Translations under genes and position numbers: made by a program
Shown: positions 1-11,355 of the stretch, piece after piece
Layout of the letters: each line of letters starts with the position of its first letter
Numbering within the stretch: position 1 is the first letter of the stretch
Assembly (NCBI GenBank): GCA_025201805.1
Contig: MU619238.1
Span: 70,530-134,529 of the forward strand
Length of the DNA stretch: 64,000 bases
Source of the DNA: Parasitella parasitica NRRL 2501
Lineage: Eukaryota; Fungi; Mucoromycota
Direction: 5' to 3'
Notes under the pieces: generated by a model
What the model was told of the DNA's origin: nothing
Databases searched by the model: none
Seen by the model: only the letters and a program-made list of their open reading frames with translations

Positions 1-49
1 TATACACATATTTTAATCATTAAAATATATACACAAAAAAAAAACCACT

Positions 50-1930
50 CTAAAAGTTTACTAGCTGTCGTCTGGACCAGTCTTGGTCGTGCAGTTCATC
101 CTTGCCCATGTCTTGTTTAGACAAATGTGTCTCCTGGTATTCGGATAAGGTGACAATCATTCGGTTGTTCAGCTTCAAGTACGAAATGTCCTTGTCAAAC
201 ACAGAATCCACTAAACGTAGCGTATTTGTGGGTGCAGTCCTACCCATTACTTTATACGGATCGATGCTCGCCGGCACCATAACACGCATCACCTCATAGA
301 GAGATCTTCGATGCACGGCACTAGTGACAATACTCAGCAGCAGGTTGCCAGTAACGCATAAAACAACGGATGCTCCAATGATGATCTGGGCCGCGAGTCC
401 AACGGCGATGCCTACAGAGTGGCTATTGTACTTTGCAGTGACCAAGAATCCACCCACTGTAATTGTACTGCCCAACTGCCAGATATTCTCTGCAATAACG
501 CTCAACTCGTCAATGGTAACTTGTCCTAGATCATTATAAATGCATTCCTGCATCCACGTCTGCACCGTCTGGTTTCGAAAGTTCCAATCGCTGCTGCATT
601 GGCCTTTACTTCTGATTTCAAAGATGGGGACAATGGGCACATACGTGCGATTTGTCTCAAGATCAGAAGGGGGAGGGAAGAAGGGAAAAGGTGTGGTAGA
701 TGTTGACTGCGATGCTTGTTCAGCTCCCCACGCTGAATCATCATAGCTTCCGAAAAAAGCATAGGGATTTTGCTCGTGATAGACGTTCCAAAGCTGGGTG
801 TATGTATGTAGGCACCAATACGATATTTGCTGTGTGGATGAGTCGGAGGGTCTAAGAAGACAAAGCACTGTACTGAGACGATAGTTTGCATTTACTGATG
901 TTTGCACTGCATACACGTTGGTCGTCAGTTCTTGCGATAAGGCCGATGCTTGGGCTGGGGTAATTCCGATTAATTGGCAAAGAAAGCAATCGTCTTGGTA
1001 TACACTGGTAACTACACCAGTATGTGCATTGACTGTTTGCCACAGCACAGTAGACAATGTAGCGGTTCGATGTATGGCGCTCCAACGCTCAGCTCTATCC
1101 ACGCTGCCATTGGCAGGCAAGCCTTCGCCACGGCGTCTGCCTTGTCTTAGCAAATCAGATAAATCAGGCGTTGCTAGAGGAAAGAACTGGTCAGCGTGCA
1201 ATAAATTTAATGGGCTAGTGGTATCATCTTGATCTTGCACAGTTGCATTTGCGTAGATGGCCGACATGGCATGACGAAAGGCTGCCTCACTGTAGTTATT
1301 TGCCATGAATGTATTCTTTGCGATAGAGATAAACTGTTGTGGAGTAGTGTCAGTAGCAAAAGTGTCATTGATGGACACAATTAAACTGTTGTTTGTGTGA
1401 AATGCAACCTTTTCGATTTTGATGGGATCCCATACAATCTCTGCAATTGGGATATTCTTTGCATCGTTGCAGCCAAACGGTAAATATCCACATAGGAACT
1501 TGACGGTTGCTTGCTTGGAGAAAGCCGGTTCTGAGAGGCGCGGCAAGTTGATGTCTGTCAATGTAGGAATGAATATATTGCTGATTGGAGATAAAGTTGA
1601 ATTGGTCTCGACTGGTACCGTCGTGATGGTGATGGGGCTCAGTTTACTGAGTAATGTAGGCACAATGTTGAGTGCCAACGTCAAGATCAAGCAGCAAACA
1701 GCTATAGCATTGGTAGATCGAACACCTCGCTTTCCTGTAGGCCCACAGGGATCAAAAAGCGATGTAATTTTTGCAACGACATCGGGCTGCTCATACCAAA
1801 ATTTAGCGCTTGATCCACCGGGGAGTTTGCTAAAAAGAACTAACGCAATGACTCCAAGAACCGAGTCGTATAGAATTCGTGTGAGCGTGAAAATAGCTGT
1901 AGCTGCTGCTTCTGTAACTAGAATTGGCAT
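50..1930 (-). CDS. Hypothetical membrane protein, 626 aa, intronless
   Basis: Long uninterrupted ORF. Hydrophobic segments at the N-terminus (VLGVIALVLF; IAVCCLILTLALNIVPTLL) and near the C-terminus (IAVGLAAQIIIGASVVLCVTGNLLLSIV) flank a large loop with N-x-S/T sequons and cysteines. No family recognised. Confidence 0.75.
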   Translation of the reverse strand: MPILVTEAAATAIFTLTRILYDSVLGVIALVLFSKLPGGSSAKFWYEQPDVVAKITSLFDPCGPTGKRGVRSTNAIAVCCLILTLALNIVPTLLSKLSPITITTVPVETNSTLSPISNIFIPTLTDINLPRLSEPAFSKQATVKFLCGYLPFGCNDAKNIPIAEIVWDPIKIEKVAFHTNNSLIVSINDTFATDTTPQQFISIAKNTFMANNYSEAAFRHAMSAIYANATVQDQDDTTSPLNLLHADQFFPLATPDLSDLLRQGRRRGEGLPANGSVDRAERWSAIHRTATLSTVLWQTVNAHTGVVTSVYQDDCFLCQLIGITPAQASALSQELTTNVYAVQTSVNANYRLSTVLCLLRPSDSSTQQISYWCLHTYTQLWNVYHEQNPYAFFGSYDDSAWGAEQASQSTSTTPFPFFPPPSDLETNRTYVPIVPIFEIRSKGQCSSDWNFRNQTVQTWMQECIYNDLGQVTIDELSVIAENIWQLGSTITVGGFLVTAKYNSHSVGIAVGLAAQIIIGASVVLCVTGNLLLSIVTSAVHRRSLYEVMRVMVPASIDPYKVMGRTAPTNTLRLVDSVFDKDISYLKLNNRMIVTLSEYQETHLSKQDMGKDELHDQDWSRRQLVNF

Positions 1931-2084
1931 GCCTTTCTGAAAAAAAAAGTGGGTATATGTGTATTTAAAGAAAGAGAAAAGGAAAGCCTTTTTCTCTTTT
2001 TCATCATCATCTTACAATTCGCAAGGCAAGCCTCGTTTTTACCTTGTTGTTACCTTTTTCGTTTTTTTTTTTTTTTTTTTTTTT

Positions 2085-2379
2085 NNNNNNNNNNNNNNNN
2101 NNNNNNNNNNNNNNNNNNNNNNNNNNNNNNNNNNNNNNNNNNNNNNNNNNNNNNNNNNNNNNNNNNNNNNNNNNNNNNNNNNNNNNNNNNNNNNNNNNNN
2201 NNNNNNNNNNNNNNNNNNNNNNNNNNNNNNNNNNNNNNNNNNNNNNNNNNNNNNNNNNNNNNNNNNNNNNNNNNNNNNNNNNNNNNNNNNNNNNNNNNNN
2301 NNNNNNNNNNNNNNNNNNNNNNNNNNNNNNNNNNNNNNNNNNNNNNNNNNNNNNNNNNNNNNNNNNNNNNNNNNNNNNN
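2085..2379. other. Assembly gap (N run) following a poly-T tract
   Basis: Run of n characters. ORFs spanning it are artefacts. Confidence 0.99.
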
Positions 2380-2420
2380 CAATAAATGCGGTGGTTATAT
2401 TATAATGCAAGTGAGGGTTT

Positions 2421-4828
2421 TTATGCCTTTGCCAAAAGCAAACAGGAACGACTAGGGATATAGACTTGGAGCCAATTGGGTCTGCCATCCCAGTCTCCAG
2501 GAGTAGTAAAGAATTCAGTGCCATTGTTTACACGCTCATGACCCAAAAATTGCTTGTCATCAGAATTCAAAATAATCTTGTATTTGCCGGCATGCTCAAC
2601 ACCCACGCGGTAATCAGTAAAGGATTGTGTAGGGTGGAAATTAAAGATGAACAAGACGTTGGCACGTTCAAATACAATGATCTTGTCACCGTCGTTTTTG
2701 CGAGTAACATAGCCCTGGGGTGCATGTAGCCAACCATAACGTTCCTCTGTCATTTGCATAGCACGGTCCCATTCATTCAAATACTTGTAGCGCAACAACT
2801 TGTCGTCAAGGACGTTCCATTGACGACGAGCGTATTGGAAGCTAGAGTCGTTGCCGGCACGAGGGAAATCAAGCCATTCAGGATGACCGAATTCATTGCC
2901 TTCAAAGTTGAGATAGCCTTCACCGCCGAGGCCATGTGTAACCATTCGGATCAACTTGTGCAATGCAACACCACGATCAATGATAGGCGTCAAAGGGGTC
3001 AAGTCACTCATATTAGTGTACATTTCTTTATCCATCAGCCAGAATGCGAGTGTCTTGTCACCCACAAGAGCTTGGTCGTGAGATTCGCAATAGCCGATGG
3101 TGTTCTCCAAATGGCGACGGTTGGTCAAGATATGCACAATGTGCCCCATATTCCAATCATCGTCAGACTGCTCCTTCAACATCTTGATCCACATGTCGGG
3201 TATGGCCATGGACAGACGGTAGTCAAAGCCAAGCCCGCCTTCACGAACAGGACGGCAAGAACCAGGCATGCCAGACACATCTTCGGCAACTGTGACTACA
3301 TCAGGATATTGCTTGTGCAGGTAGTTGTTGGCAATCTGAATATACATGACGCCCTCGTCATCGACATTCTCCCCAAAGTATTCTTTATAATCGCCAGAGA
3401 ATCCGTATCCAATGCCATGATGCTTGTAGAGCATGGAGGTAACGCCGTCAAATCTGAAGCCGTCAAACTGGAACACATCCATCCAATATCTCAGATTCGA
3501 CATCAAGAATCGCATGACTTCAAAGCTGCCATAGTTGAACAAACGCGAATCCCACAATTCGTGGCGACCCTTGGGGCCAGCATGGAAGTAGCAGTGATCC
3601 GATCCGTCAAACATGTTGAGGCCGTCAGCAACATTCTTGCAGGCATGCGAGTGCACCAGATCTAACAAAACCGTAATCCCCAAACCATGGGCAGTATCGA
3701 CCAATTCCTTCAAATCCTCCGGAGTGCCATATCGGCTGGAGGGAGCAAAGAAAGAGGTCACTTGGTATCCAAAAGAGGCATAGTAGGCGTGCTCCATCAC
3801 AGCCATCAACTGGATGGTGTTGTACCCGTCATAGGCAATACGAGGTAAAATGTTCTTGGTGAATTCCTTGTAGGTAGCACAGCGAGGTTCGGGAGATGAG
3901 ATACCAACTATATATATAAAAAGATAAGATCAGATCAGATCAAATCAGATCGGATTTAGTATTCCAGTCTGCTGTCCAAATGAGAAAATATACTACCATG
4001 TGCTTCGTATACACGAATGGATTCAGGACGTTTGGGACGAGCGTTCTTGAAAACATAGTGCGACTCAGGATTCCAAAAGATAGCGTCGTAGGTTGCACTC
4101 ACATTCAGATCTTGAGTAACATAGTTGATCCAAGCAGGTAAGCGATAAATACGTTCTCCGGTATGAGGCATGGTCATCGTGATCTAATTATGTGTGTTTG
4201 AATTTCCCGTCTACTAGCACCCATTTGCTATCTATTACCTTGATTTTGCTGCCGTGAGGAATAGCCACTTTACCATCGGCAGTAGGTGCAACTAGAATTT
4301 CAAATACACCATACTTGTCGCGGGTCATTACATGAGCGTTCACATCCCAGTTATCTAGGCAAGTTACATGAGTAAGAAAATCCTTTTTGTTTCTCCGTGC
4401 CGTCCCGAGTATTCCTTTTTCTTTTTCTTTTTTTTTTTCCCCCCAACAAACAAGCTTGGTGGTACTTACTGAAATCACCCACTAAACTAGCAGTGACAGC
4501 ATTGGGGGCCCATTCACGATACATGACACTCTTATCCTTTTGCACATTGAACCCATAGTATTCATAACCCTTGGTAAATTTATCGTAGCCAAGTGTATCC
4601 TTGATTTGTTCATCAAACTTTTCAAAAGTAGCATATCTAATGTATACGAGTAAGCATTGAACCCGCCCACATAATCACACGCATCCGCTTATACCTTTCT
4701 CTGAGAGCATCGCTAGAGTCCTTCAACCAAGGGTCAATTACGCAAAGACCGGTGCCATCAGCAGGCATGGTAAGCACACGACCAGGAGACACTTCCTCTT
4801 GGAAAGTAGGGACATTAGAAGAAGGCAT
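2421..4828 (-). CDS. GLC3: 1,4-alpha-glucan (glycogen) branching enzyme, GH13, multi-exon
   Basis: Catalytic motifs [20 protein letters not shown] and [14 protein letters not shown], plus YREWAPNA and IRVYEAH. ATG at 4828 (MPSSNVPTF). Four GT-AG introns in the 5' part (~4637-4693, ~4354-4468, ~4185-4238, ~3908-3975). Confidence 0.96.
3927..3951. repeat. Short (AGATC)n pentanucleotide repeat within a GLC3 intron
   Basis: agatcagatcagatcaaatcagatc seen directly. Confidence 0.7.
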
Positions 4829-5526
4829 AGTTATTTTGCGATAAAAGAAAAAAAAAAGAAAAAGGGAAAAAAAGGGTTGTTGGCATTGGGACATGAAACT
4901 TGGTCTTTTTATATGCAAATCCTTTGCATCGTATCAAAAGGCTCGGGCCACTTTTTTTTTTTTACTGGGTTGGACCTAAAAAAAAAATCAAACATGTTTG
5001 ATATTTGGGGCCCATAAATGGAAAACTTTCAGGTTTTGCATGACAAGAATGGTACGAGAAAAAGGGACAAATTTTCCAGAAATTATCTAGAGTTCCAGCG
5101 GTTTAATGACATGTTGGTTATTTGGAGCTGATAATAGGTCTATTTTTACTAGAATGTAGAGCGTATCCATCCCGCGTTTGTTTGCAACATTGGCACGTAA
5201 AACGTTTTGGTTTATTGTTTTGGTATGAGGATATCCGCAATAAAGTTACTCATAGATTTGCACACGTTTTAGCCCATCAACATGTATAATTCCTGGTCTG
5301 ACATATCACTCATGCAAACATTGTACGATATAGCGTCTTTTGTCTATTATGCCAATTGTACGATTAACAAAGTGCATGATTTGCCGAGCAATGGTTACAC
5401 CTATAATGGCCGAAAATGACGTCTGAATGCGAGAAAGTGACCTACTTGCACAGGACACGCAGCTGTCGCGCCCATCTAATTCTAGCACTGCTGCTGCGCT
5501 CACCATTGATATTTCTTCTTCAAACA

Positions 5527-6805
5527 ATGTCTAGTCTCGAAGATATCTTTGGCAAACTTGCCGTTACAACTGTTACAACTGTTTCGAGAATCGCATTGAG
5601 CCATGCAACCAATGCGGCCATCGTAAGTGTATTCATCCATTTTTTTTTTTTTTTTGCAAGATGTTTCTAAAAAAAAAAGACATGAACCATAGCGTAACGT
5701 TACTTCATACATCACAACTCAAATGCCCAAGAACAAGCCTGATACACGAGAGATTCGTGCGCTGCAACGACAGCTTGATCTGAAAATCAAAAACTTAAAG
5801 GCAAGCTCAACTACTGCTATTACTGTCACCAAAACTGAATAGTCTAACGAACCCAGTATTTATTAGCCTACCATAGACATCATCGCCAGATCAGTAGCAG
5901 ACGGTAATACTGATTTGGAACCAGCGTTGGAGATGTGCAACGACCTTAAATCTGAAATGGACGACTTTGCTGCCAAGCCGATGCAAAATCCAGATCAAGT
6001 CAAGGCGCGCTTAAAACTTTTGTTATCCAATGTGGACGATGCCATTCCAAGCTTGCATCTATCTCTGCGTAGCATTGAAAATAAAACCGGCGCTGCAGCT
6101 CTATCTCCTGCTAAATTGATCCAAGCATCCAGCATTTTAAAAGGAAAAGAGGCTGTTTTCTGTGTCAAGCTGTATTCGCTGTTTTCAGCAGTGTCTCGAG
6201 CGGCTTCGGCAGACGCATTTTCGTGGAAAGAAGAGTTTTTCAAGGCTTCTCTGGTGATCAAGTCTACAGGCGAATTCAGTTATCAGTTGGAGATCACAGA
6301 GGATACGAATGATGGTAGATATCATGAAGAAGGAGAATCACAAATCAAGGTCTTGAACGTCAGTCATATTCATCGCATGTACTACACACAAAGCGGCGAG
6401 CTTTTGAATATCGAGGACTCCAAGACTCCAGTCCTTGTCATGAAGGTCGACAAACATGACAGAGATGGGGATGGGGATGGGGATGGCAAAGAGACAGTGG
6501 TGCAAGTCAAGGAATCAGCACCAGAAATTGTTAAAGAGGAACTGCGGGAGTCGGATTGGTATGCGGTTGGTTTGTGGACAGAACAAGCGGTGGATGACAG
6601 TGATAGTGATAGTGAGGATGATGACAATGGTGATCAACAGAAGAGTGGTGGCTTCGAATTGACGTCAGTTAATAGACATCTAAATTTGCTGCTATTAGAG
6701 AGTGTAATTAAGCTGGCATTGTTGGAAACAACTGAGAAAATGGACCATATCTATGCTTCTGACGAGCTGATCACCTTGTACAGTACATCAAAAAATATTG
6801 AATAA
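5527..6805 (+). CDS. RanGTP-binding protein, Yrb30-like, 3 exons (5527-5622, 5693-5800, 5867-6805)
   Basis: Spliced product MSSLEDIFGKLAVTTVTTVSRIALSHATNAAI-RNVTSYI...LQRQLDLKIKNLK-PTIDIIARSVADGNTDLEPAL...RLKLLLSNVDDAIPSLHLSL...WKEEF...EDTNDGRYH...HIHRMYYTQSGELLNIED...PVLVMKV...LLESVIKLALLE...SDELITLY matches the fungal Ran-binding (Yrb30) family pattern as I recall it. Confidence 0.8.
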
Positions 6806-7783
6806 AAGCCGGAAACACATATATACGTAGGTGTAAAATAAGAAAAAAAAAACTGGATTTTTTATGGTATTACAAATGTCAAAATTATTGCGTGTGTGGA
6901 GGAAAATGTCTGTTAAAGAGGAAGAGAGGGTGATATATCTGGATAAGATAATCAGCAATGTCAAACTGAGGACTAACCCTTTATCTGCCACCACATTTCT
7001 ACACTTGAAAAAGACGTTATGCTTTAAGCCCCAACGAGGCTTTACGCTTGTTCTCTCGTTGACAATATTATGATTAGACAGTAAACTAGAAAGAGCATCT
7101 GTTGTCAAGATTTCTACAAGGCAAAAGTAAGGTTTTAGTTTCTCCTTGACTCCTATAGTCAGCGCCAAACGAAACAATAAAGGTATCGCTAGACGTAACA
7201 TCCAAGAGTTGTCGAAGGCAATGAATCGCCTTGTCGATATGTAATGGTTGGTATTCGCTGCAGCTATCCAAGTAAATCAATTTGGCTGGATGGAAAAACA
7301 AATGTAGCTACGCCTTACCTGTAACTTCGACATCATTTCTAGCATCAAAATTTATGCGGTTGCTTCAGTGTTGGATTTCTTATTTCAGTGCTTCCCGGCA
7401 GCAACATTCGTTGATGTGAGCATTACATTACCGGTACAGATGACCAATTGTTTGAACACAGGTACTATGGTTTGATCTGAAAAATGTTGGGAAGCCATCG
7501 AAATAAATATTAAGGATATTTCTTGGGAATGTTGGGAGATCATCTCCGTTCATGTAGGTTTTTTTTTTTTCTTTTCGAGATATGCTTCAAAGCATAAAAA
7601 CCGTTACTGCAGCGATTTTTGCATTTTGATGAACAAAACCGCGTAAACTACAACAATACCGTGTTTATTTATTTGTATCCATATTCATCAATGCAACTCG
7701 TATTTCTCTCGTGACACTGATGTGAACAAAAAGCTTCAAAGTGTGGATATTTCACATGTTGTACAACTAGGCATTTAACGGTG

Positions 7784-7786
<3 letters not shown>

Positions 7787-7817
<31 letters not shown>
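7787..7817. repeat. Poly(dT) tract just upstream of the Lon ATG
   Basis: 31 consecutive T. A promoter nucleosome-depleting role is inference. Confidence 0.8.
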
Positions 7818-7818
<1 letters not shown>

Positions 7819-7853
7819 GTTTCTTCCCTCTTAAACTTTTCTACTTGCACTAA

Positions 7854-10625
7854 ATGAACAGCTCATACCCTGAAAGACTCATTGTGGTTCCTCTTGAGTC
7901 AAAAGTACTACTGCCCTCTGTGATTTTACGTCTTTTAATTCGTGGTAAACAAGCTACAGATTTGACCAAAAACTACTTTCGCTCCGCCAATACGAAATCG
8001 CATGATATTTACATTGCATGTATTCCATTGAAACCATGCCGCACCAACGTCGAAGAAACTGCCATGGTGGGTTCCCAAGCACCTCAGGTGCCGATTCCTC
8101 AGCAGGACGAGACTGGATTAGTCAGTGTAAGAGACAGGCATCGCTTAATGGATTATGGGTGCTTGGCCCGCATAGTGCGTGTCCAACGCTCAGGGACAAA
8201 CCTCTTTGGTGTCTTTGTGGAGGGTGTATCAAGGTTTAAAGTGTGTCAGTATACGCAAAACACTCCATCCATGGCATTTCCTGGCTGTTGGGTTGCTCAC
8301 GCTAGCTATTTTCCAAAGCCTGGCGTCCCAAACGATGAAATTGCATTGAAATTTAAGCATTTGAGTCAGATCTTTGCCGCCAAAATGCAGGAACTGCAGC
8401 TGCCAGACACATTGCTCTCACAGCTCACAAAGGTAATCAATACCATGCCACCATCTTCTCTGGCAGATTTGCTGGTGTGCGTCATTGAAACAACATTCGA
8501 CGAACGTTTGCTTATGCTTTCCACTGTTTCGCTGGACGACCGGCTGCAAAAAGCATGCGAGTACCTAACCAGACAGTTGCATGTGCTGCAAATCTCTGAT
8601 AAGCTGGGTGCTGGTATCGATGGCAAGCTAAGCAAAAAGCAGCGAGAGTTCTACTTGCGTCAACAGGTATTTGCAGTTGTAATCTATCAGCTGACGCGAT
8701 GCTAATACCGTGCTTTAGTTGGAGGCCATTCAAGATGAGCTGGGTGATGGCGACAAAAAGATGATGGGCGGTGGACCGCAAGAAGAAGACGAGCTATCAG
8801 ATCTCCACAAAAGGCTGGTACAAGCCAATCTACCGAATGAAGTTGTAACGGTGGCTCAACGAGAACTCAAGCGTATTAAACGCCTCCAACCCTCTTCCTC
8901 TGAATGGGCCGTGGCTCGTAATTACTTGGAATGGCTGGCCGATTTGCCATGGAGCGTAAGCGGCTCTCAGCAGTTGGATATTCAGCACTCAAAACAACAA
9001 CTTGCCCAGGATCATTTCGGCTTGGAGCATGTCAAAAAGCGAATCATCGAATACTTGTCTGTTATCAAGCTAAAAGGCGATTTGAGAGCGCCCATCCTCT
9101 GTCTTGTAGGCCCTGTAAGTACATATCCTTCATTTAAACATATATATATGTATATAGCTCTTATACTAACGCGACAAATAGCCCGGTGTCGGTAAAACAT
9201 CGTTGGGTAGATCAATAGCACAGTCTATGTCTCGAGAGTTTCATCGTATTTCTTTAGGAGGAGTCAGGGACGAAGCAGATATGAGGTTAAAGTGATTTTT
9301 TCATGCGCACTTGTGTATGTATCTAACGATTTGCTATAAACAGAGGTCATCGTCGAACCTATGTTGGTGCCATGCCAGGCTTGATCATTCAAGGTTTGCG
9401 TAAATGCAAGGTCAACAACCCTCTCATACTTTTGGATGAGATTGACAAGCTTGTTCAATCATCGCACTACGGAGATCCCGCAGCCGCTCTGTTGGAGGTG
9501 TTGGACCCTGAACAGAATAGCAGTTTTTCTGATCACTACCTCAACGTCCCGTTTAATTTATCAAACATCTTGTTTATCGCCACAGCAAATTCTTTGGATA
9601 CCATCCCTGAGCCCTTATTGGACCGTATGGAAGTCATTGAACTCCACGGCTATACCTTTGAAGAGAAATTGCACATCGCGAAAACCCACTTGATACCCAA
9701 GCAAGTGGTCGCACACGGCTTACAACTTGAGCAAGTCAAACTCGCAGACGAGGCCATCCTCCATATTGCTGAAAACTACACTCGTGAGAGCGGCGTGCGC
9801 AATCTCGAAAGGACACTAGCATCTGTTGTGCGAGCCAAGTGCGTAGAGATGGCTGACCTGCAAGAAACTCAAGGCAAACAACAGTATAACCCCTATATTA
9901 CGATCAAAGACGTAGAAACGATATTAGGCAATATCAGATTTGAAAAGGAAGTATCTGAACGGGAATCGTATCCGGGCGTTGTAACAGGTCTAGCCTATTC
10001 TGGTAGTGGCAATGGCGGCATCTTGTTTGTGGAAGCGTCCAAGATGCCTGGAGATGGCCATCTTCATCTGACGGGTTCCTTGGGAAATGTCATTCAGGAG
10101 TCTGCAAAGTTGGCCTTGTCCTGGGTCAAATCGCATGCCTATGCTCTCAAACTCACTTCGCATTCCAAGGAGAAGATGGTACAAGATGATGATATCCATA
10201 TCCATTTCCCCAGTGGATCTGTTCCCAAAGACGGGCCCAGCGCAGGTAATCATATACACATGGTATACAATAAAAAGTTACTCAAAGTTACTCAATGTTG
10301 GTGTATAGGCGTTACATTGGTGTGCGCTTTAGTCTCGCTTTACTCTGGTAAGTGTGTCCCTACCACTACAGCCATGACGGGAGAAATTTCATTGCGCGGC
10401 CAAGTGTTACCCGTTGGCGGTATCAAGGAAAAAATCATCTCTGCCCATCGAGCTGGTATTCGTAAAATCATAATTCCTTCCAGAAATCAGCAGGATGTCG
10501 AAACGGAAGTCCCTGGAAATGTTCGAGGCGAAATCCAATTCTGCTATGCAAAGAACATTTGGCAAGTGTTGGAGGCTGCTTTCGATGAAAATCAATTATA
10601 TCGTTTACAAGAAAGTCATTTATAG
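7854..10625 (+). CDS. LONP2: Peroxisomal Lon protease (LonP2/Pln type), 5 exons
   Basis: LON N-domain, QREFYLRQQ|[21 protein letters not shown], Walker A GP|[20 protein letters not shown], Walker B LLDEIDK, catalytic Ser in PKDGPSAG, catalytic Lys in GGIKEK, and a C-terminal PTS1-like SHL. No mitochondrial presequence. Confidence 0.93.
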
Positions 10626-10647
10626 TTTATTGCCTCAAAATAAAAGT

Positions 10648-11355
10648 CTACTTGGTCTTGATCATTCTTAACTTGCCGGGTGAATACAAGTAATTGTCAC
10701 CGTATGCCTTTTTGACAAATTTGCTTTGTTTGGGTTCTTGGACGTAATATTGCCATCCTATTATTCGACTGATTTTAGCGGAAAAAAAAAAAGAAAAAAT
10801 AACACTATCCTTTCGTACCCTGCTTCTCGGCAAAATTGATGGCATCTTCTTTAGTAAAAAACTTCATGGTCACTGCTTGTTGATAATCAGAACTAAGCTT
10901 CAACATTAGAAATCTCTCCAGCTCCANNNNNNNNNNNNNNNNNNNNNNNNNNNNNNNNNNNNNNNNNNNNNNNNNNNNNNNNNNNNNNNNNNNNNNNNNN
11001 NNNNNNNNNNNNNNNNNNNNNNNNNNNNNNNNNNNNNNNNNNNNNNNNNNNNNNNNNNNNNNNNNNNNNNNNNNNNNNNNNNNNNNNNNNNNNNNNNNNN
11101 NNNNNNNNNNNNNNNNNNNNNNNNNNNNNNNNNNNNNNNNNNNNNNNNNNNNNNNNNNNNNNNNNNNNNNNNNNNNTTTTCACTAGAATTACCTGGTGCA
11201 CCGGAAAGGTTTTCGACACTGAGAACAGGTTGCTTTTCTAAGTGTTGGACATCTTTGGTCTGAGATGATGAGAATCGAATGCCTGAAAAGACTGCAGGCT
11301 TACTGAATACAGAACGGCAGACAGATGCAGTTCTAACAACGAGTGGGGAGGACAT
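10648..11355 (-). CDS. NDUFS4: NADH:ubiquinone oxidoreductase subunit NDUFS4 (NUYM), middle exon(s) lost in gap
   Basis: Mitochondrial presequence-like N-terminus ending LSGAP. Later exons read SDYQQAVTMKFFTKEDAINFAEKQG|WQYYVQEPKQSKFVKKAYGDNYLYSPGKLRMIKTK. Confidence 0.9.
10927..11176. other. Assembly gap inside NDUFS4
   Basis: Run of n characters. Confidence 0.99.

Noticed and set aside
1949-2524. ORFs spanning the N gap (also 10893-11219)
   Set aside because: Artefacts of translating through N runs.
2754-3665. 303-aa plus-strand ORF and many similar antisense ORFs (e.g. 1419-1940, 21378-22013, 44156-44773, 46546-47184)
   Set aside because: These are shadow ORFs opposite well-conserved genes, with no independent motifs.
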